Source: Sphagnum compactum
Taxonomy: Eukaryota
Length of the DNA stretch: 64,000 nucleotides
Assembly: GCA_965153455.1 (NCBI GenBank)
Contig: OZ234493.1
Coordinates: forward strand, 13,878,213-13,942,212
Direction: 5' to 3'
The notes beneath the pieces were generated by a model, which searched no databases, was not told where the DNA came from, and was given only the letters and a program-made list of their open reading frames with translations. Shown in pieces: positions 24,781 through 38,628 of this stretch (the first letter of the stretch is position 1; each line of letters starts with the position of its first letter). A program made the position numbers and the translations under genes.

Positions 24781-26842
24781 ATGATGGCTGGATTAGAACT
24801 AGAACATCCACCAACAGGAAGACGTCTTGAGAGTTTGCAAGAGAAAGATGGACTTTTTATAGCTCTATTGCTTACCCTTTTGGCTCTTGTTGTGCACTTT
24901 GTCTTTTATAGAAGATTTCGGCACTTGCCTCCAGGACCATGGCCATGGCCTGTAGTTGGCAATTTGTTTCTATTGGGTAAATCTCCACATCAAGCGTTTG
25001 CACACTTGGCAAAGAAGTATGGGCCTCTCGTGTACCTTCGGCTGGGCTCTCGACACACAGTTATAGTGTCTTCTCCTGCGATGGCGAAGGAATTTCTCTT
25101 GACACATGATCATGTGTTTCAATATCGTCGACCCAGCACAATCACTGCGATTTTGAACAATGGTAAAAATATTGCACAATCAAGTGGTCCCTTGTGGCGG
25201 CAGTTGCGTAAGATTTGCATGACTGGGTTATTTTCTACCAAATGCATACATTCATTCCAAGCTGTGAGAATTAAAGAGATTAGGTCCACAATGAAAGACA
25301 TCAAAATTAAAGCGCAAGAGGGCAAGGTAGTGGACCTCGACTTTCAGCTGTCATTGCTTGCTACCAACATCATGACTGAAATGGCTTTCGGGAAGAGGTA
25401 AAAGAATTTCTTCCAAGTTACAACCCTCCTAGTATGGTCATTCAACAACTCTTGAATGCAAATTGTGGAGGTTACATGATGTTGGAAAACAGTTAGACCA
25501 ATTTTGGAGGGTACTCAAAGAAACCTTACAATTGTGATCAACATGATGTACCATAATCCTCTTCTCATGACTTTCTTTGCTATGTATAAGTGTTGCCACC
25601 ACTTTGTAGGGCTTGCAATGCATGATGCCTTTCTTCTTTGGCACCATCTTTGAAGTCATGCTTTACAATTTGATCATGCTTTGGTAAATTGATTAGGTAC
25701 TTTGGAGCAGATGAAAAAGGTGAGAAGGAAGCTCGTCATCTCAAACAAATTGTTGGTGATATCTTTGGTGCATTTGCCACTGTAATTATTGGTGACTATG
25801 TGCCTTCCTTGTGGTGGGTGAGCAAACTTCAGGGAGTTGAAGCTCCCTTGTATGACTTACGCAAAAGGATGAACCAAGTTGCTCAAGGAATACTTGATGA
25901 GCATAGACGGGACAATGCAACAACTGATCATCAAGATTCAACATACAATGATAAACCTAAAGACTTCATTGATGTGCTACTTTCTGAGCGTTTGGATGAT
26001 GGGTCTGGGAAACTTTCCGATGACACAATTCAGGCTGTTCTCTATGTATGGGAAACAATTTCTGCATTTCATCCACCCAAAGTTAATCATGAACAATGAG
26101 CTTTAAAAACTTGTTGTATGTTTTGTAGTTGATATCTTTTTCTTATAGCCATCCTAGCTAATAATTTAATCTAACATGATATAGTTATCTTCATACATGT
26201 GATGTGTTTTTGCAGGATCTATTGGCAGCTGGTACAGACACCACATCAGTCACCTTACAATGGGCAATGGCAGAGCTCATACGAAATCCAAAGCTTATGA
26301 AGCATGCTCAGGATGAGTTGGATACGGTTGTTGGAACTGATCGTGTGGTTGAGGAATCAGATCTCCAACACCTTCCTTATCTCCAAGCTATAATAAAAGA
26401 AACATTTCGTTTCCATCCTGCTGCTCCTTTCACACTTCCTCACATGTCACTGGAGTCTTGTCAAGTTGCAGGTTACTATCTGCCACCTAAGACTCGTGTG
26501 ATGGTGAACCTGTGGGCAATGGGCCGCAACCCTGATGTTTGGGAGAGACCCTTAGAATTTGACCCTGAGCGTTTCTTGGAACATCCTGAGATTGAGTGGA
26601 ATGGACGTAGCTTTGAACTCTTGCCATTTAGTAGTGGAAGGCGGGCCTGTCCAGGACAACCATTAGCAGAATTAGTAATTCAACTTGCCTTAGCACACCT
26701 GGTCCATAGCTTCAATTGGTCTCTTCCCAATCAACAAGAACCTCACACTCTTGACATGTCTGACAAATTTGGCCTAACTCTTCCAAGAGCACAACCATTA
26801 CATGCTATGGCACATCCTAGGTTGCCTACGCACCTCTACTAG
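24781..26842 (+). CDS. Cytochrome P450, A-type/CYP71 clan, 3 exons, 530 aa
   Basis: Exons 24781-25397, 25697-26045 and 26216-26842 (1593 nt, phases consistent). N-terminal TM helix, LPPGPWPWP hinge, AGTDTT I-helix, ETFR, PERF and heme motif FSSGRRACPG. Confidence 0.95.
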
Positions 26843-27479
26843 AGACTTTCTATTGTTAATGAAAACTATGTACATAGTTGCTTGTATGGAATGTAATGTT
26901 TATTTTGTTGTCCACATATTTATTTTGTTTTATTTTTCACAAATGTACTAAGAGTTTTGCCTAGTGGGTCTATAATATATATCTCTACAGATGCTCTCAA
27001 TATATGCAGACTGTGATTTCATTGTCCACTGCTATCTATGAGATATATAACATATTTACTGCATTCATAAGATGCTCAATCCATCACATTGAGGAACTAA
27101 TAAATTGTTTGAAGAGTCTGAAGAGGCTTGTGTTGCAGAAGATCTAATGTTGGAATTTGCAACCAAATTCACCTCCAAAGAGTTTGGACAGCTACTAAAT
27201 TGGGACTTCTTACTTGACAACAAGAGGTTAGGTGTGAGGTATATATGGTAACGAAGGAATTTGCTAGAGAAGTTCAAAATTGGAAATGGAAACCAGTGGG
27301 TGGAGATTGCCACAAAGGAGTCAAGACTCACAACTTGTAGATGGGAAGCCTGCTATGCCATGACAACAATGATTGCAATTGACAGTTCATAAAAAAAAGA
27401 GAGCAGAATAAGCAGCATATGAAAGACAAAAATAACCATGACCCAAAATCTCCTTCCCCATCAAAAGCTGCTGCCTAGT

Positions 27480-28060
27480 AAGTTGGAATTAAAATGCTCA
27501 TTGCATTGAAAATTGTTCTAACCTTGAGGTTTCTCTTTCAAGTTTCTCCCAGCATCCAAAGGGAGGATCTGATATATACCCACAAGTTTTTGGCTTGCAA
27601 AAGAGGCAAGCCATGACCAGCTCATTGAAGTACCATAAATAAAGACACAGAGGTTTTGTATTTCCTGTCAAAAGAAAAGGAGCACATCTGAAAAAGGTTG
27701 CAAAGCATCGGTAGATTCATGAGTCCATGGTTGCAAAAGAAGATGGAATTGAATATTAACTGATTTTACCAAATTCCTGAGTTGGTGAAATTTATGAAAT
27801 GTTGATATGTTGCTGCCTCATGATGGGTTCATTGGGTATATCAATTGGGAGAGTGTAAGTACAATGTCTGAGTTCCTCATGTTGTATCTGGATCCCAGAG
27901 TAGCTTGAAGAATTCCCAAAATTGCAGCAGCATCATCTGCTCATGGACCTCAGAGTACAGTTGTGAAGAAGTCCCAAAATTGCAGCAGTTTCTGCTCATG
28001 GATCTGAGAATACTTGAAATTGTCCCAAAGCTGCTGCAGCACTTTCTGCCTATGCATTTC
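27480..28060 (+). pseudogene. Possible decayed NLR-type LRR coding relic
   Basis: Short in-frame pieces CIENCSNLE and VHGCK, plus about three repeats reading PKLQQ..LLMDLR.L(EI)VPKL at 27910-28050. Many stops; no NB-ARC motif seen. Confidence 0.3.
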
Positions 28061-29599
28061 ATCTGGCAGTGAAATGGAATCGAGAGAAACCTTGCCTGTA
28101 GGGCATTAGATCATTACCTTCATGATAGGTAGGTATGTAGCCAGAGTGGTCCGTTGGACAATCGTATCAGTCGATATGCAGATATGTGTAGTGGTCTGCC
28201 CCTGCAATATCCTTCACAAGCCAATGCTGATGACCTCTCAACATATGTTTAACATACTAGCATACAGTAAGTTGAGAAAAAGAAAAGACTTAGATGCTTC
28301 CAATCCATTCAAAATACACTTCTAATTGGTGCAAACCAGCTGAACTTCTGCAATTTCATGAATAAACAAGCTTATGATATAATTGAAGGTGAAATTTAAT
28401 CCTGACTTCAACTACAAACTGTAACTTTCATGCCCCCCCTTCCCACCACTTCTGAACTTCCTCGGATTCAAGTCAGTCAGGGATACCCTGGTTAGACCAT
28501 TATAGCATATCAATTGGGACATAAAAGAGCTCTAGTGCAATAGAGGGGAGGACGATGAACCAGACCAGATTTGTGAAGTTCTGAGCTAGGCTTGATGATT
28601 TGCAGCTCCTTGCTTCCAGTTGCATCTGTCCATATTAAGAGCAGAAGAGAGCATACTGTGATGCAAAAAGCCCCTGAATGACCTCCTTTGTACCTTTACA
28701 TCGCCTCAACATCTTCAAGACATGGTATAGATGCATAAACAGTACAGATGCCGACCTTGAAGAATTTGTACAAGTAATTTATTGCAGGAACTGAAGAACA
28801 CAAGATAGAGATGAACCTCTATGACCTGACATGGGAGCCTGGAAACTAGCGAATTAGTGACTGGTATTGACAATAAGCAAGCTTGGATACACTTTGTTGA
28901 ATGCTATGGTATTAGATTACTATATGGAACAAGGTACAACCATGACAGCAAACCAGGGGCTTACTGTGTCTGGATTACTCTTCACCAAGTGTAATTATTT
29001 GTACATTGTACGAAGAATATCTAGGCCGACAAAGTTGCATCTCGATAGTCAGGCTGCTTCAAAGTTGATGATCTAAGATGGTCTTGGATTTCTAACTTAG
29101 GTCTCTGGTTTACAATTTGAGCTTCGAGTTCTCTGTAGATTGCAACCTCTGAACGTGGAAAAATATCCCAGGAAGACACCATCAGTATGCTCTGGTTTCA
29201 TTGACTGTACACAGACAAACTCTCCATGCTTGGCTTGATTGACTGGCTAAAGCAAAACCTTGCTAAGAAGGTGATGCTTCACATGATGTTACCTTGATGC
29301 TGGAGCCTCAACACCACAACCAGTCCTGGATCACCAAAATTTTGTTCTAAATGCCATGCAATAAGGATGCAAACAGCAGGGCATTTCTGTGACATAATTA
29401 GTATATGATATCTATATGCACATCTGAAAGTTTCCTGCACAACAGAAAAATCAAGATAGAATATTTTAGGCCAACAATCATTTTCTCAGGTTCTGCACTC
29501 AATCCAACATTTGCAAGTTTAAGCCGGTTGACATATTCTTCTAGATATTCTAGATAAATCTGCTAGAACTTCATCTAGGATAGAGATTGCAGACTTAGA

Positions 29600-30262
29600 G
29601 ATGCTTCAAATGTACCTATCTTGTTATTGCGGACTATCAAAAATTGGCAGTTGAGGTGCAGCTTCAACGTCAGTTGAGGTACTTCACTACCTGGAGTATT
29701 GTTGGTCACTATGAGTGGGTCTTCAGCTGTACACAGATTGGCAATATGCAGTACTTTTAGCATGCTTATCTTCCATGGCCCATTGGAGACAGTGGCATCA
29801 AGTGTCTCTTGGGCTGCTCCCTGCTTGATCATCTGCCGCACCCATCCAACCAGATTACCTCCATCAATGTCCTTGAAGTCCACTCCTGTTGGCTCCCTGC
29901 CAGTGAGCAGTTCTAGGAGTATCACACCATAGCTGTACACGTCTCCACAAGTGGTGGATCGCCAACTTTGTCCATATTCAGGAGGAATGTACCCAAATGT
30001 ACCTGCAATATCAGTGCTCATGACATGGGTCTCATATGCACTTATGAGTCGTGCAAGACCAAAGTCTGCTACTCGGGGTTCAAAATCAGCATCCGGCAAA
30101 ATGTTACTGGTCTTCACATCCCTGTTGCAGGAGGATGTGGGGGTATGAAACCATGGTGAAGGAAGTTGAGACCTCTTGCAGACCCCATGGCAATCTTGAA
30201 TCGTTTGCTCCAATCCAGAACCTCAACTGCATCTGCACGGTTCCCAAGCCACAGGTCAAAGG
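29600..30262 (-). pseudogene. EMS1: Truncated, frameshifted EMS1/EXS-type LRR receptor kinase fragment (kinase C-lobe only)
   Basis: FDLWLGNRADAVEVLDWSKRFKIAMGSARGLNFLHHGFIP, then a frameshift at about 30140, then RDVKTSNILPDADFEPRVADFGLARLISAYETHVMSTDIAGTFGYIPPEYGQSWRSTT.GDVYSYGVILLELLTG..GGNLVGWVRQMIK. The 5' end abuts dispersed repeat B. Confidence 0.85.
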
Positions 30263-30672
30263 CTATATTTTTTTTCACTGCTCCCACCTGTACAACTACT
30301 ATAATTACTCTCGAACCTTGTGCATTAAATGCTGAGTTTCAGCATTTCGTACTGAGTTGCAACATTTCATTAATAAAATGTCTTTACTTTGCGGATACCA
30401 CTGAAAGATGGGATAGGGGGTGAAAGGAGGCCCAAAGACAGGTGAAGACAGGGTTACTTTAGGGATAACTCTATGGCTACATTGATATTTAAGGGCTCCT
30501 TTTCATCTCCTTCAGATCCTTGGTTTTCTTCATCATTGCCTCCCTCCTCAGCAAGCGCCACCTCAGCACTACAAAAAGGATACTGTATTTCAATTTCATC
30601 ACAATTTCATCTAAATTTGATTAAAATTTTTGTGTCATCTATTTGATTTGTCTAGGTCACATTTAATTCAAA

Positions 30673-31115
30673 TTAGTGTGGCCTGTGCCATTGGCCCAAG
30701 TGTTACCACGTCCTCAACTGATTTTTCCTTCCAAAACCCGGTCTTTTTTAATTTATTTGAATTTCAGCAGCAGAAATCACTTACAAATCAATATCTCCCA
30801 CATTCTGAATCCAAATCTTACCAAATAAATTCTGTTAAATCCTGCTCATCAAGATCTTTCCAACAACACCAAAGGCACATTCCAATTCCTCCAAAGTTTT
30901 CAGCTACAATTTAATTTAATTTTCAATGAAGAAATCATTCGATATTCAAGAACTTTTGCACTGCAAGTCCAAACACCATGAAACCAAGCCAATGCACCCC
31001 TCCTACTCGAGAGCTTTCCAAAGAGACCAAGAATGTGATCTAAGCATCCTGGTTCGGTGGATCTCATAAGTACAAAACAAAACAAAATACCTTCTTTCAT
31101 AGATTCATACATAGA
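30673..31115 (-). mobile_element. Non-autonomous Helitron-like element, copy 1 (443 bp)
   Basis: On the minus strand it reads A|TCTAT...CCACACTAA|T with no TSD. It is inserted in repeat A, whose uninterrupted empty site is at about 21300. Confidence 0.8.
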
Positions 31116-32639
31116 TGTTCATCCTAATTTATTCTTGATCTAAATGTAAAACCTTGATTAAATTTTAGATGAGGATTTTAATGAGGTTAAGTCTTAAAAC
31201 CAATTCAACCTTTGTATTCATATTTTTCATGTAATTTCATCCATAGTCCTCTCATATGCCTGGATTTGAATTTGAATTTATAAAAAACCATTGGTCCAAT
31301 TTTGGAAATTATTTGAAAATTGAAGAACCATCGATACTAGTTATTTCAAAAAACATTAGAAGAAGTAAGGATTTCCATGAAAGAACTAGCAAAGAAATTG
31401 GCGGTTTTCTAAACAGCTAATATTAAACTTTCTCAATTCTTTTGAAAAAAAATTTGCCAAGTGATTAAATCTGTGAAAAAAAACTTGGGTGTGCACATTT
31501 GTTGAGAACCAAAGTTAGGAACCATATTGATACTTGGTGGAGGTTTAATGCCAGTTTTTGATACCCAACTAACCCTGGGTCTCCTACCAAAGTTGAAAAC
31601 TAGTCGAAACCAGTGTTGGACTAGTATTGGACTTTTGACATACCCATCTGGTACGAGTATTTTTTTAAATTTGTATACCATGGCAGTACAGGTATTGAGG
31701 CAAAAACATGAAAACTCATACCAAGTGGTATCAATATGTACAAAGTTTACAATTTCCACACAATGGTATGAATATCATGGTATTGAAATGTGTGATACCA
31801 AAGGGGTAGTGAAATTTTGCATAGTGATTCATGATGTCTCTAGTGGGTGGCAATTGTGGCGGTTCAGCCAGCTTTTTCTTGTATTTAGAACATGCTTGTT
31901 TTCGTTTTTATATCGGACACCCATGAGTGAGGGCATATAGACGGTGTTAAATCAGCCTTTTGGAAGTTGGTTCTAGAGATTCCCATCTTCGGAAAAGAGG
32001 TATACTGACCATTAACATTCAAAGATGAAAAGACAAATTTTTACCCATATTTTGCTTTTGGGCAAGCTTCATTTCTTCTTCTGGTTCCAAAGACAAGAAC
32101 TGGATGACTCTTCTATGATGCACAAGAACATCCCCATCCCCATGTAGATGCTCAAGCCCTCAGGATGTCTATTACCAGACTTTTGACATCCAATCAAAAT
32201 CACAAGATATCAAGAAGTCATTTAAGATCTGAACTCGGAGTGACCTGGGGTACAGGATGCACCAGAGGTCAACATTTTTTTTCGCAAATGCCCCCTTGAA
32301 AATGAACTTCCATGTGAATCTCAGCCAGAGTTAACCAGCACCCACCAGCACACCATGTAGGATGAATGACATGTGAATATGAAACACTTTTTCATCATAT
32401 TCATAAATCATAGCTAACCAGAGTGTTTAGCTGTGCATCAACCATCCGTGCATAGTGTGAGGCGGAAAGTAGAAGGTTTAGGGGATGCCGTACCAAGGGA
32501 TGGAGGAACCTTGGTCATTGAGTTATGTTCATCCAGAACTGATTCATAAGGGCTTCCCAAATGGTGCACTGGTGGATGATGGGTCACTTGTTATGATAGG
32601 ATGAGAACATATTTCGTCGACTGGTAATTGGTTCCACCA

Positions 32640-32952
32640 GGTCATGTTCTCACTCATATTTCTCCATTAATGATTCAATTCACAAGTGGAGCTGGTGCGA
32701 CCAAAAGTGGACTCAACAGACCTGTTCTCACTAATGTTTCTCAATGATTCCATTCACAAGTGGACCTGGTGGGACCAAAAGTGGACCCAACAGACCTGTT
32801 CTCACTAATATTTCTCGAGCAATGATTCCATTCACAAGTGGACGTGGTGGGACCAAAAGTAGATCCAACAGACCTGTTCTCACTAATATTTCTCTAGCAA
32901 TGAATCCATTCGCAAGTGGACCTGGTGGGACCAAAAGTGGACCCAACAGAGA
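32640..32952 (+). repeat. Tandem repeat of about 4 units of about 78 bp; related inverted copies at about 47610-47825
   Basis: Unit TGTTCTCACTAATATTTCTC..GCAATGATTCCATTCACAAGTGGACCTGGTGGGACCAAAAGTGGACCCAACAGACC. Confidence 0.88.
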
Positions 32953-33431
32953 ACAACCCTTTCGACCTAGGAATGTTTTTTTGTACAAACACTTAATCAG
33001 CTCTGGTAGTCATTTTATAAGTACAGAAATATCCCTTGTACAGGGATTGTTCATCATGGGCCAGAGTGAACCAGCAGCCACCAATGCACCAGTTGGCCGT
33101 TCTGTCCACTGGATGCCTTGCATTTTTTCATTCGGCGCCGGATGGGGTTCATGACAGTCCATTTCTTTTTGCTGCTGACCATTGTACTTTTTTTTTTGGT
33201 TCTTGATCGTTTTTCCCTGGACCTGACCTCACACATAGCTACCCTGCTCACTTTTCTACCTTCATAAGTACTGCACCAACGTTGGTACCTTATTTATTAT
33301 CCCTTACTGACACATCTACCCTAATATCTAGTTATCCTATTGACCTAGGTACTGTACTAACCACCTACCCTACTAACCTAGCTATCCTATTAATTACATA
33401 CCCTAATAACTTAACCCTACCCTAAAAACCC

Positions 33432-33714
33432 TACCCTAAATGCAATACCTGCATTTTGGGCCATTTCAAAAGTACGCATGTGAGGTTCAAGCTTCTTTAT
33501 ACGAAGATCTTACCCTAAATGCAATACCTGCATTTTGGGCCATTTCGAAAGTATGCATGTGGGGTTTAAGCATCTTTATACGAAAATCTTACCCTAAATG
33601 CAATACCTGCATTTTGGGCCATTTCGAAAGTACGCATGTGAGGTTTAAGCATCTTTATACGAAGATCCTACCGTAAATGCAATACCTGCATTTTGGGCCA
33701 TTTTGAAGAGTACG
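33432..33714 (+). repeat. Tandem repeat of 3.5 units of 79 bp
   Basis: TACCCTAAATGCAATACCTGCATTTTGGGCCATTTCGAAAGTACGCATGTG... starting at 33432, 33511, 33590 and 33669. Confidence 0.9.
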
Positions 33715-35162
33715 GCCAGTTTCTACATAATGGGGGCATCAAATGGAAATTTTACAAAACGAAATAATTGGGACCCAAACTAGGTTTTCCACCAATTTTG
33801 GTGGCAAAATGAGTTTCATCCCCTCTTTCTTTTTTCCTGAGCACCTCCATTTCTGCTTCATATATTTTCACTGCTCCACCTGTACAAGTATTATAATTAC
33901 TCTCGAACCTTGTGCATTAAATGTTGAGTTTCAAAATTTCATACTGAGATTTAATAAAATTTCCTTACTTTGTGGATACCAGTGAAAGAGGGGTAAGGGG
34001 TGCAAGAGAGGGTGACTTTACGGACAACTTTATTGTGATATTGAGTTTCATCCTTGATTTAGTTTTATAAATTAACTTTGTGAATAATGAGGTTTAAAAT
34101 AGAATAGGGAAAAGGGCGTGAAAGGGGTATAGGGTCACTTTATAAACTTCTTTATTATATTCCATGAGATAAAATCTATTTACGATAGCCCTAACAAAGG
34201 GGATTTTTTTTTAATTTAAAAAAAAACCAATGACTTGACCTCATACAACATTGAGAACATATTATGATTACCCCTAAAGTCACCTTGTAATTGAACCCTA
34301 GTTTGACCTTCCAATACATACTTCATACCCAATTTGAGTGAGAAAACTAGTTTGGTAGGCTCTTCAACCTTAGGGTTTTATGTAAGTCGTGCCCAATTGG
34401 CCCCCAATCTGGACCCCAATTTTCACCTCATCCCCTTTTTTATCTGGATTTCTCATTTTGTGCCCAGTTTAGGTTAAACTTTGGCCTAGGAGCCCCAGTC
34501 TAGGGAACTTTTCAGATTATTACCTAAATTAAAAATATCCAGTGCAACTTCCTTATTGGGGTTTGAGGGAAAGAAAATACACAAAAGTCGCCATATTTTG
34601 AGGGAAAGAAAAGATTGAAAAGTCGCCAGATTTAGACAATGGATAATGAGTTCTAGTAAGGTCGTCAAAACTAGGCAGGAATCCAAAATATTTCGGCCAC
34701 TGTCCTCTCTCTGCCCTTTAGCCAAATTTGGCTCATTCCTCTTGTGTGGATGATCACCAGTCCACCTGCTTCAAAAAAAAAAACACCGAATACCATGATG
34801 CCTATAAATGCTAATAATATACTTAGCAATGAAAAAAACTGAGATAAAATGGCGAGTTCTCGCCCAGGGTTTTCAGTTCAATCCCCAATAATTACTAACT
34901 TCTTTTTTTCAAATACAAGTTAGAGAGGGAAGTAGAAAAATATTTAATGATCCTGCTATATTTTGATGACCACTTGAATTTTTTTCAAAAGAAATCCTTT
35001 CTACAAATGGCACTGCATTTTTTGGGTCCTTAAATGGAAAAAAATGCCAAAAAAAAAAGGAGAAAAAAATGATGCCCCCACCCCAACTTTGCACAAGAGG
35101 ACAAGAAAAAATTATTGACCATGGAATTTCACATAAATTGAATTTTTTTCAGTATCGTAATA

Positions 35163-36134
35163 CCTTGTCAATTTCAACACAATCTATATTTTTTTTTAAA
35201 TGTTGAAATATTCAAGTATTTGTTTGTTTGCAAAGATCAAAAATTTGTGAAGGAAGATTTTGAATCTTCCACAAATTATTTTTTTCCAATGAAAAAGTCA
35301 AAAATAATTAATTATTCCACAAACATCGGTTGAAGTTGCCAAGATACTATAGTAGCCCACTATGTTTTCACAACTACATCTATCTCTGAAGGAAGGTTGT
35401 TTGTTTGTTTTGTTTTGTACTTATGAGATCCATGGAACGGGGATGATTTAAATCGTGTTCCTGGTGTCTTTGGAAAACTCTGGAGGAGGAGGGGTGCATG
35501 GGCTTGGTATGCAAAAGTTATTGAATATTGAATGATTTTTTCACTGAAAATTGAATTAAATCATAGCTGAAAATTTTGAGGAACTGGAAAGTGCTGAAAA
35601 TTCAAATAAATTCCAAGAAACCAGGTTTTGGAAGGAAAAAACGATTGAGGACGTGGTAACCCTTGGGCCGGGCCCAACGGCACAGGCCACACACTAGTTC
35701 CATACTAATTCATAGTTCATGATCCTACAACTCACGAGACTCCTTGCCGCTGCCACCAGGATAGAATTCATCCGATGAAGGGATCAAAGATTGGGAAATT
35801 TTGGATGAAGCAATTACGTTTTTGTTTTGTGGGCCAGGATTAGAACCCACGCTCAGTTTTCGAGGCACCTTGGTCATATTGTTTTGAAGCTGCACTTTGG
35901 ATGCCTGCCAGCTTCCCTTGAGCCAGAACCACAGTCACAGTACTCGTGTGCAATTTCTGTAGCGGTTCACTGCACCCCACCACAAACTTAAAATTGTTGA
36001 ATTATGTAAAGTTTTTTTTAATTTTTTGCTTGTGAGGAAGAGCGTGTTCTAGCTGGGTGACAAGAAATCCTCTGATCAAGAGATCAGGAAAGGTCGGACG
36101 AGGATTTTCCTTTTTCGTCAGGGTACATGTCTAG
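35163..36134 (+). repeat. Local direct duplication, copy A (pairs with 38629-39742)
   Basis: Colinear similarity from AAATGTTGAAATATTCAAGTATTTG to TCAGGGTACA.GTCTAG, including the same Helitron at the same position. Confidence 0.9.
35379..35697 (+). mobile_element. Non-autonomous Helitron-like element, copy 2 (internally deleted, 319 bp)
   Basis: A|TCTATCTCTGAAGGAAGG...TTGGGCCGGGCCCAA (hairpin)...CACACTAG|T. Confidence 0.8.
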
Positions 36135-37639
36135 ACCAGACTTGGGCGGTTCTTGAATCCTAACCTGGTTCTCAACCTAGTTCTCAGACTGGTTCTCACA
36201 GTGAAAACCAGTTGATATGATATCACTTGAACAAGAATTGGTGATGAGAACTGGTTCTCTTTTTCTTTTTTCTCAAGTACCGGACAAGTTCTCTCACAAA
36301 AACTTCCATCCAGTTCATGGTAATTTAGGGTTTAGGGTTCTTAAAAAGTTGCAGTTGCCAAGGGAGGCAAAGGCGTTGTTCAGGGTTAGGGATAAAGAAA
36401 GTGTATAAAAATGAAGCTCAGGCTTCATTTTCGTCGCAATGACTTTTATTTTGGTCTTCTACTGCTCTTGTTATGTTCATTTCGTGCTTGTTGGTTATGC
36501 TCTTTGTGCTCTTGTTGGTATTTTAGTTTTGTGTTAATGCTGCTAGATGTTAATTTTTTGTTTTTACACTTTTTTTAATGTTGTTGTGCTGTTGGCATTG
36601 CCTTCTTGTATTGTCGTTGGTGCTTGGTGTAGGCTACTATTGTTGTTTTTGTCACACTATTCTTCTCGCACTACCACTCTTCTACACTATTGGTCCTCAC
36701 ACTTCCATTGCTCTCTCAGTTGTTTTTCATGTTGTTGATCCTCTCACGCTACCACTCCTCTCATGTTGCCACCCATTTCGCATTGCTCTTCTTGCCTTGC
36801 TATTCCTTTTACGTTGCCACTCCTTTCATGTTGCTCCTTTAGCATTTTAGGCGCTTGCTAGCTAGCCAACATCTGTTGTTTTTCTCGCACTACCATTCAT
36901 GCTCCTTTCGCATTGTTGTTGTTATGTTTTGTTTGGTTAGTATCGTACTTCCCCGGCCCTTGCCATGTGCGGGTCGAAGCTCAAAGGTCCAACACCAATT
37001 CAATCACCAAAGGTGAATTCTTTTGCATATTTTTTATTTTTTTGAGTTTTATTATTATTGTCGTTTTGTTTTCTATTGTTTTTGCTCTATTTTTTCTTTT
37101 GTTGTTTTTGTTGTTGTTGTTACTTTTGCATTTTTTCTATTTTGTTTTTTCCACTTCATTTTTTTTTGTTTCTTTTCATTATGTACCAATTTTTTAATTG
37201 AAGTGTTTCATTTTTTTTTAGCAAATTTTTTTAAAACTTAAACATAAACTATAATCTTTTTTCACCCAAAACCCCATACTTTTCCCACCTTAAAACCCTT
37301 TCATTGTTTTTGAGAATATAGAAATATACATATCTTATTTTTGTAAAATCTTAGAAGATACATTGCATTTTTGTAATTCCTTGTAAATGTTAGTTTTCAA
37401 TCTTTGATAATATCATACAATTGTTTAGTTTTTTTCGCTACTCATTAGGACAATAAATTTTAATCACAAATCGAATTAATAATGGAATAATCTTTTGAAA
37501 ACGAAAATACATGTGATGTATTTATGAATGAAGTAAGAATATAAGATGAACGTTTGCCAAAACCTAAAGAAATGGGAAGTTTTCAAATAGGAAGGAGTAG
37601 GAATCTAAAAATGAATGAAAATTATTTTAAAAAGTTACA

Positions 37640-38625
37640 TGCACAAAAAGTATTTTGAAAAAGAAATACCTAAAATGCATTGTGTTGGGCATTTTATTGT
37701 GTTAATGATAACAAAGAAGTTAATGTAGCAATTCTTCAAATTATGCATTGTATTCTTTGTCACAATAATCCAATATTGAATGTAAATCCAAAAACTCAAG
37801 CCAGGAAAAGATTAATCATATATAGCACAACTAATGGCATAGCTACATTTAGGAAACATGTCAATTCACATCATTTTAATATTTGTTAAAATTTGGACAA
37901 AAAATTGAATTGTCCTTTTAGGCAAGATGAAAGAAAACCTTCCATAAAAAGACCAAACATTTCTTCTAACTCCATATCTAAGTTTTTTGCTACAAAAGAA
38001 CCTTTTAAAAAAGATGATGTATAATGCAAAAAAATTCTCGAAAATTTAAATCTCTTAATTGTTCAAAACCATCTTCTTTTACAATTTGTAGAAAGTAGTT
38101 GATTAAAAAGATTTAGTATGCATTTGAGTTCAAAAACTATTTTTGTTTCCATAAAATAATTTTCTAACGAACTATTGCCTGAATTAGTGGAAAAAAACTA
38201 AACAATCATATGTTTTACTAGCATTAATAGAATGTCATTTTGGAACTACAAGTTTTGATTTATGCATGTCAAAAGTTGGACATGATGTATTTTTGTGATT
38301 TATTTTTTAGGAGATGATTAGCAACAAAAACACATTACCTTTGTTCTGTTTGAGGCAATACATATTATTGAACAAACTTTGGCTACAAATTTGATAAAAT
38401 TGTTGGATAATTATGCATTAAGGTGAAAAATTATTGTTTATGTCAAGGATGAAGGATCTAATTTGAACACTATGACTATAGCCCTAAAAACAATTGTAAG
38501 TTGCGATATGTTGGGTTTGGAGGCAAGTTTCAGGGCACTTGTTTTGGGCATTCGTTTTCCAAGGCTTGCCAATATGCTACGAATAGAAGAAAAAGTTTGC
38601 AAAAACCTACGATATGTGTGAATAA
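37640..38625 (+). mobile_element. Degenerate hAT transposase relic with BED-type zinc finger, 3'-truncated
   Basis: CWAFYC..MHCILC..NGIATFRKHVNSHH (BED finger), SFDLCMSK.GHD, YVKDEGSNLNTM and CFGHSFSKACQYA, spread over several frames with stops. Confidence 0.75.
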
Positions 38626-38628
38626 AAT

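Noticed and set aside
32731-33676. ORFs with repeated peptides (GPGGTKSGPNRP..., NAIPAFWAISK...)
   Set aside because: They are translations of 78-79 bp tandem repeats and show no gene structure.
36547-37241. Hydrophobic, membrane-protein-like ORFs
   Set aside because: Low-complexity T-rich sequence upstream of the hAT relic, open in several frames by composition alone.
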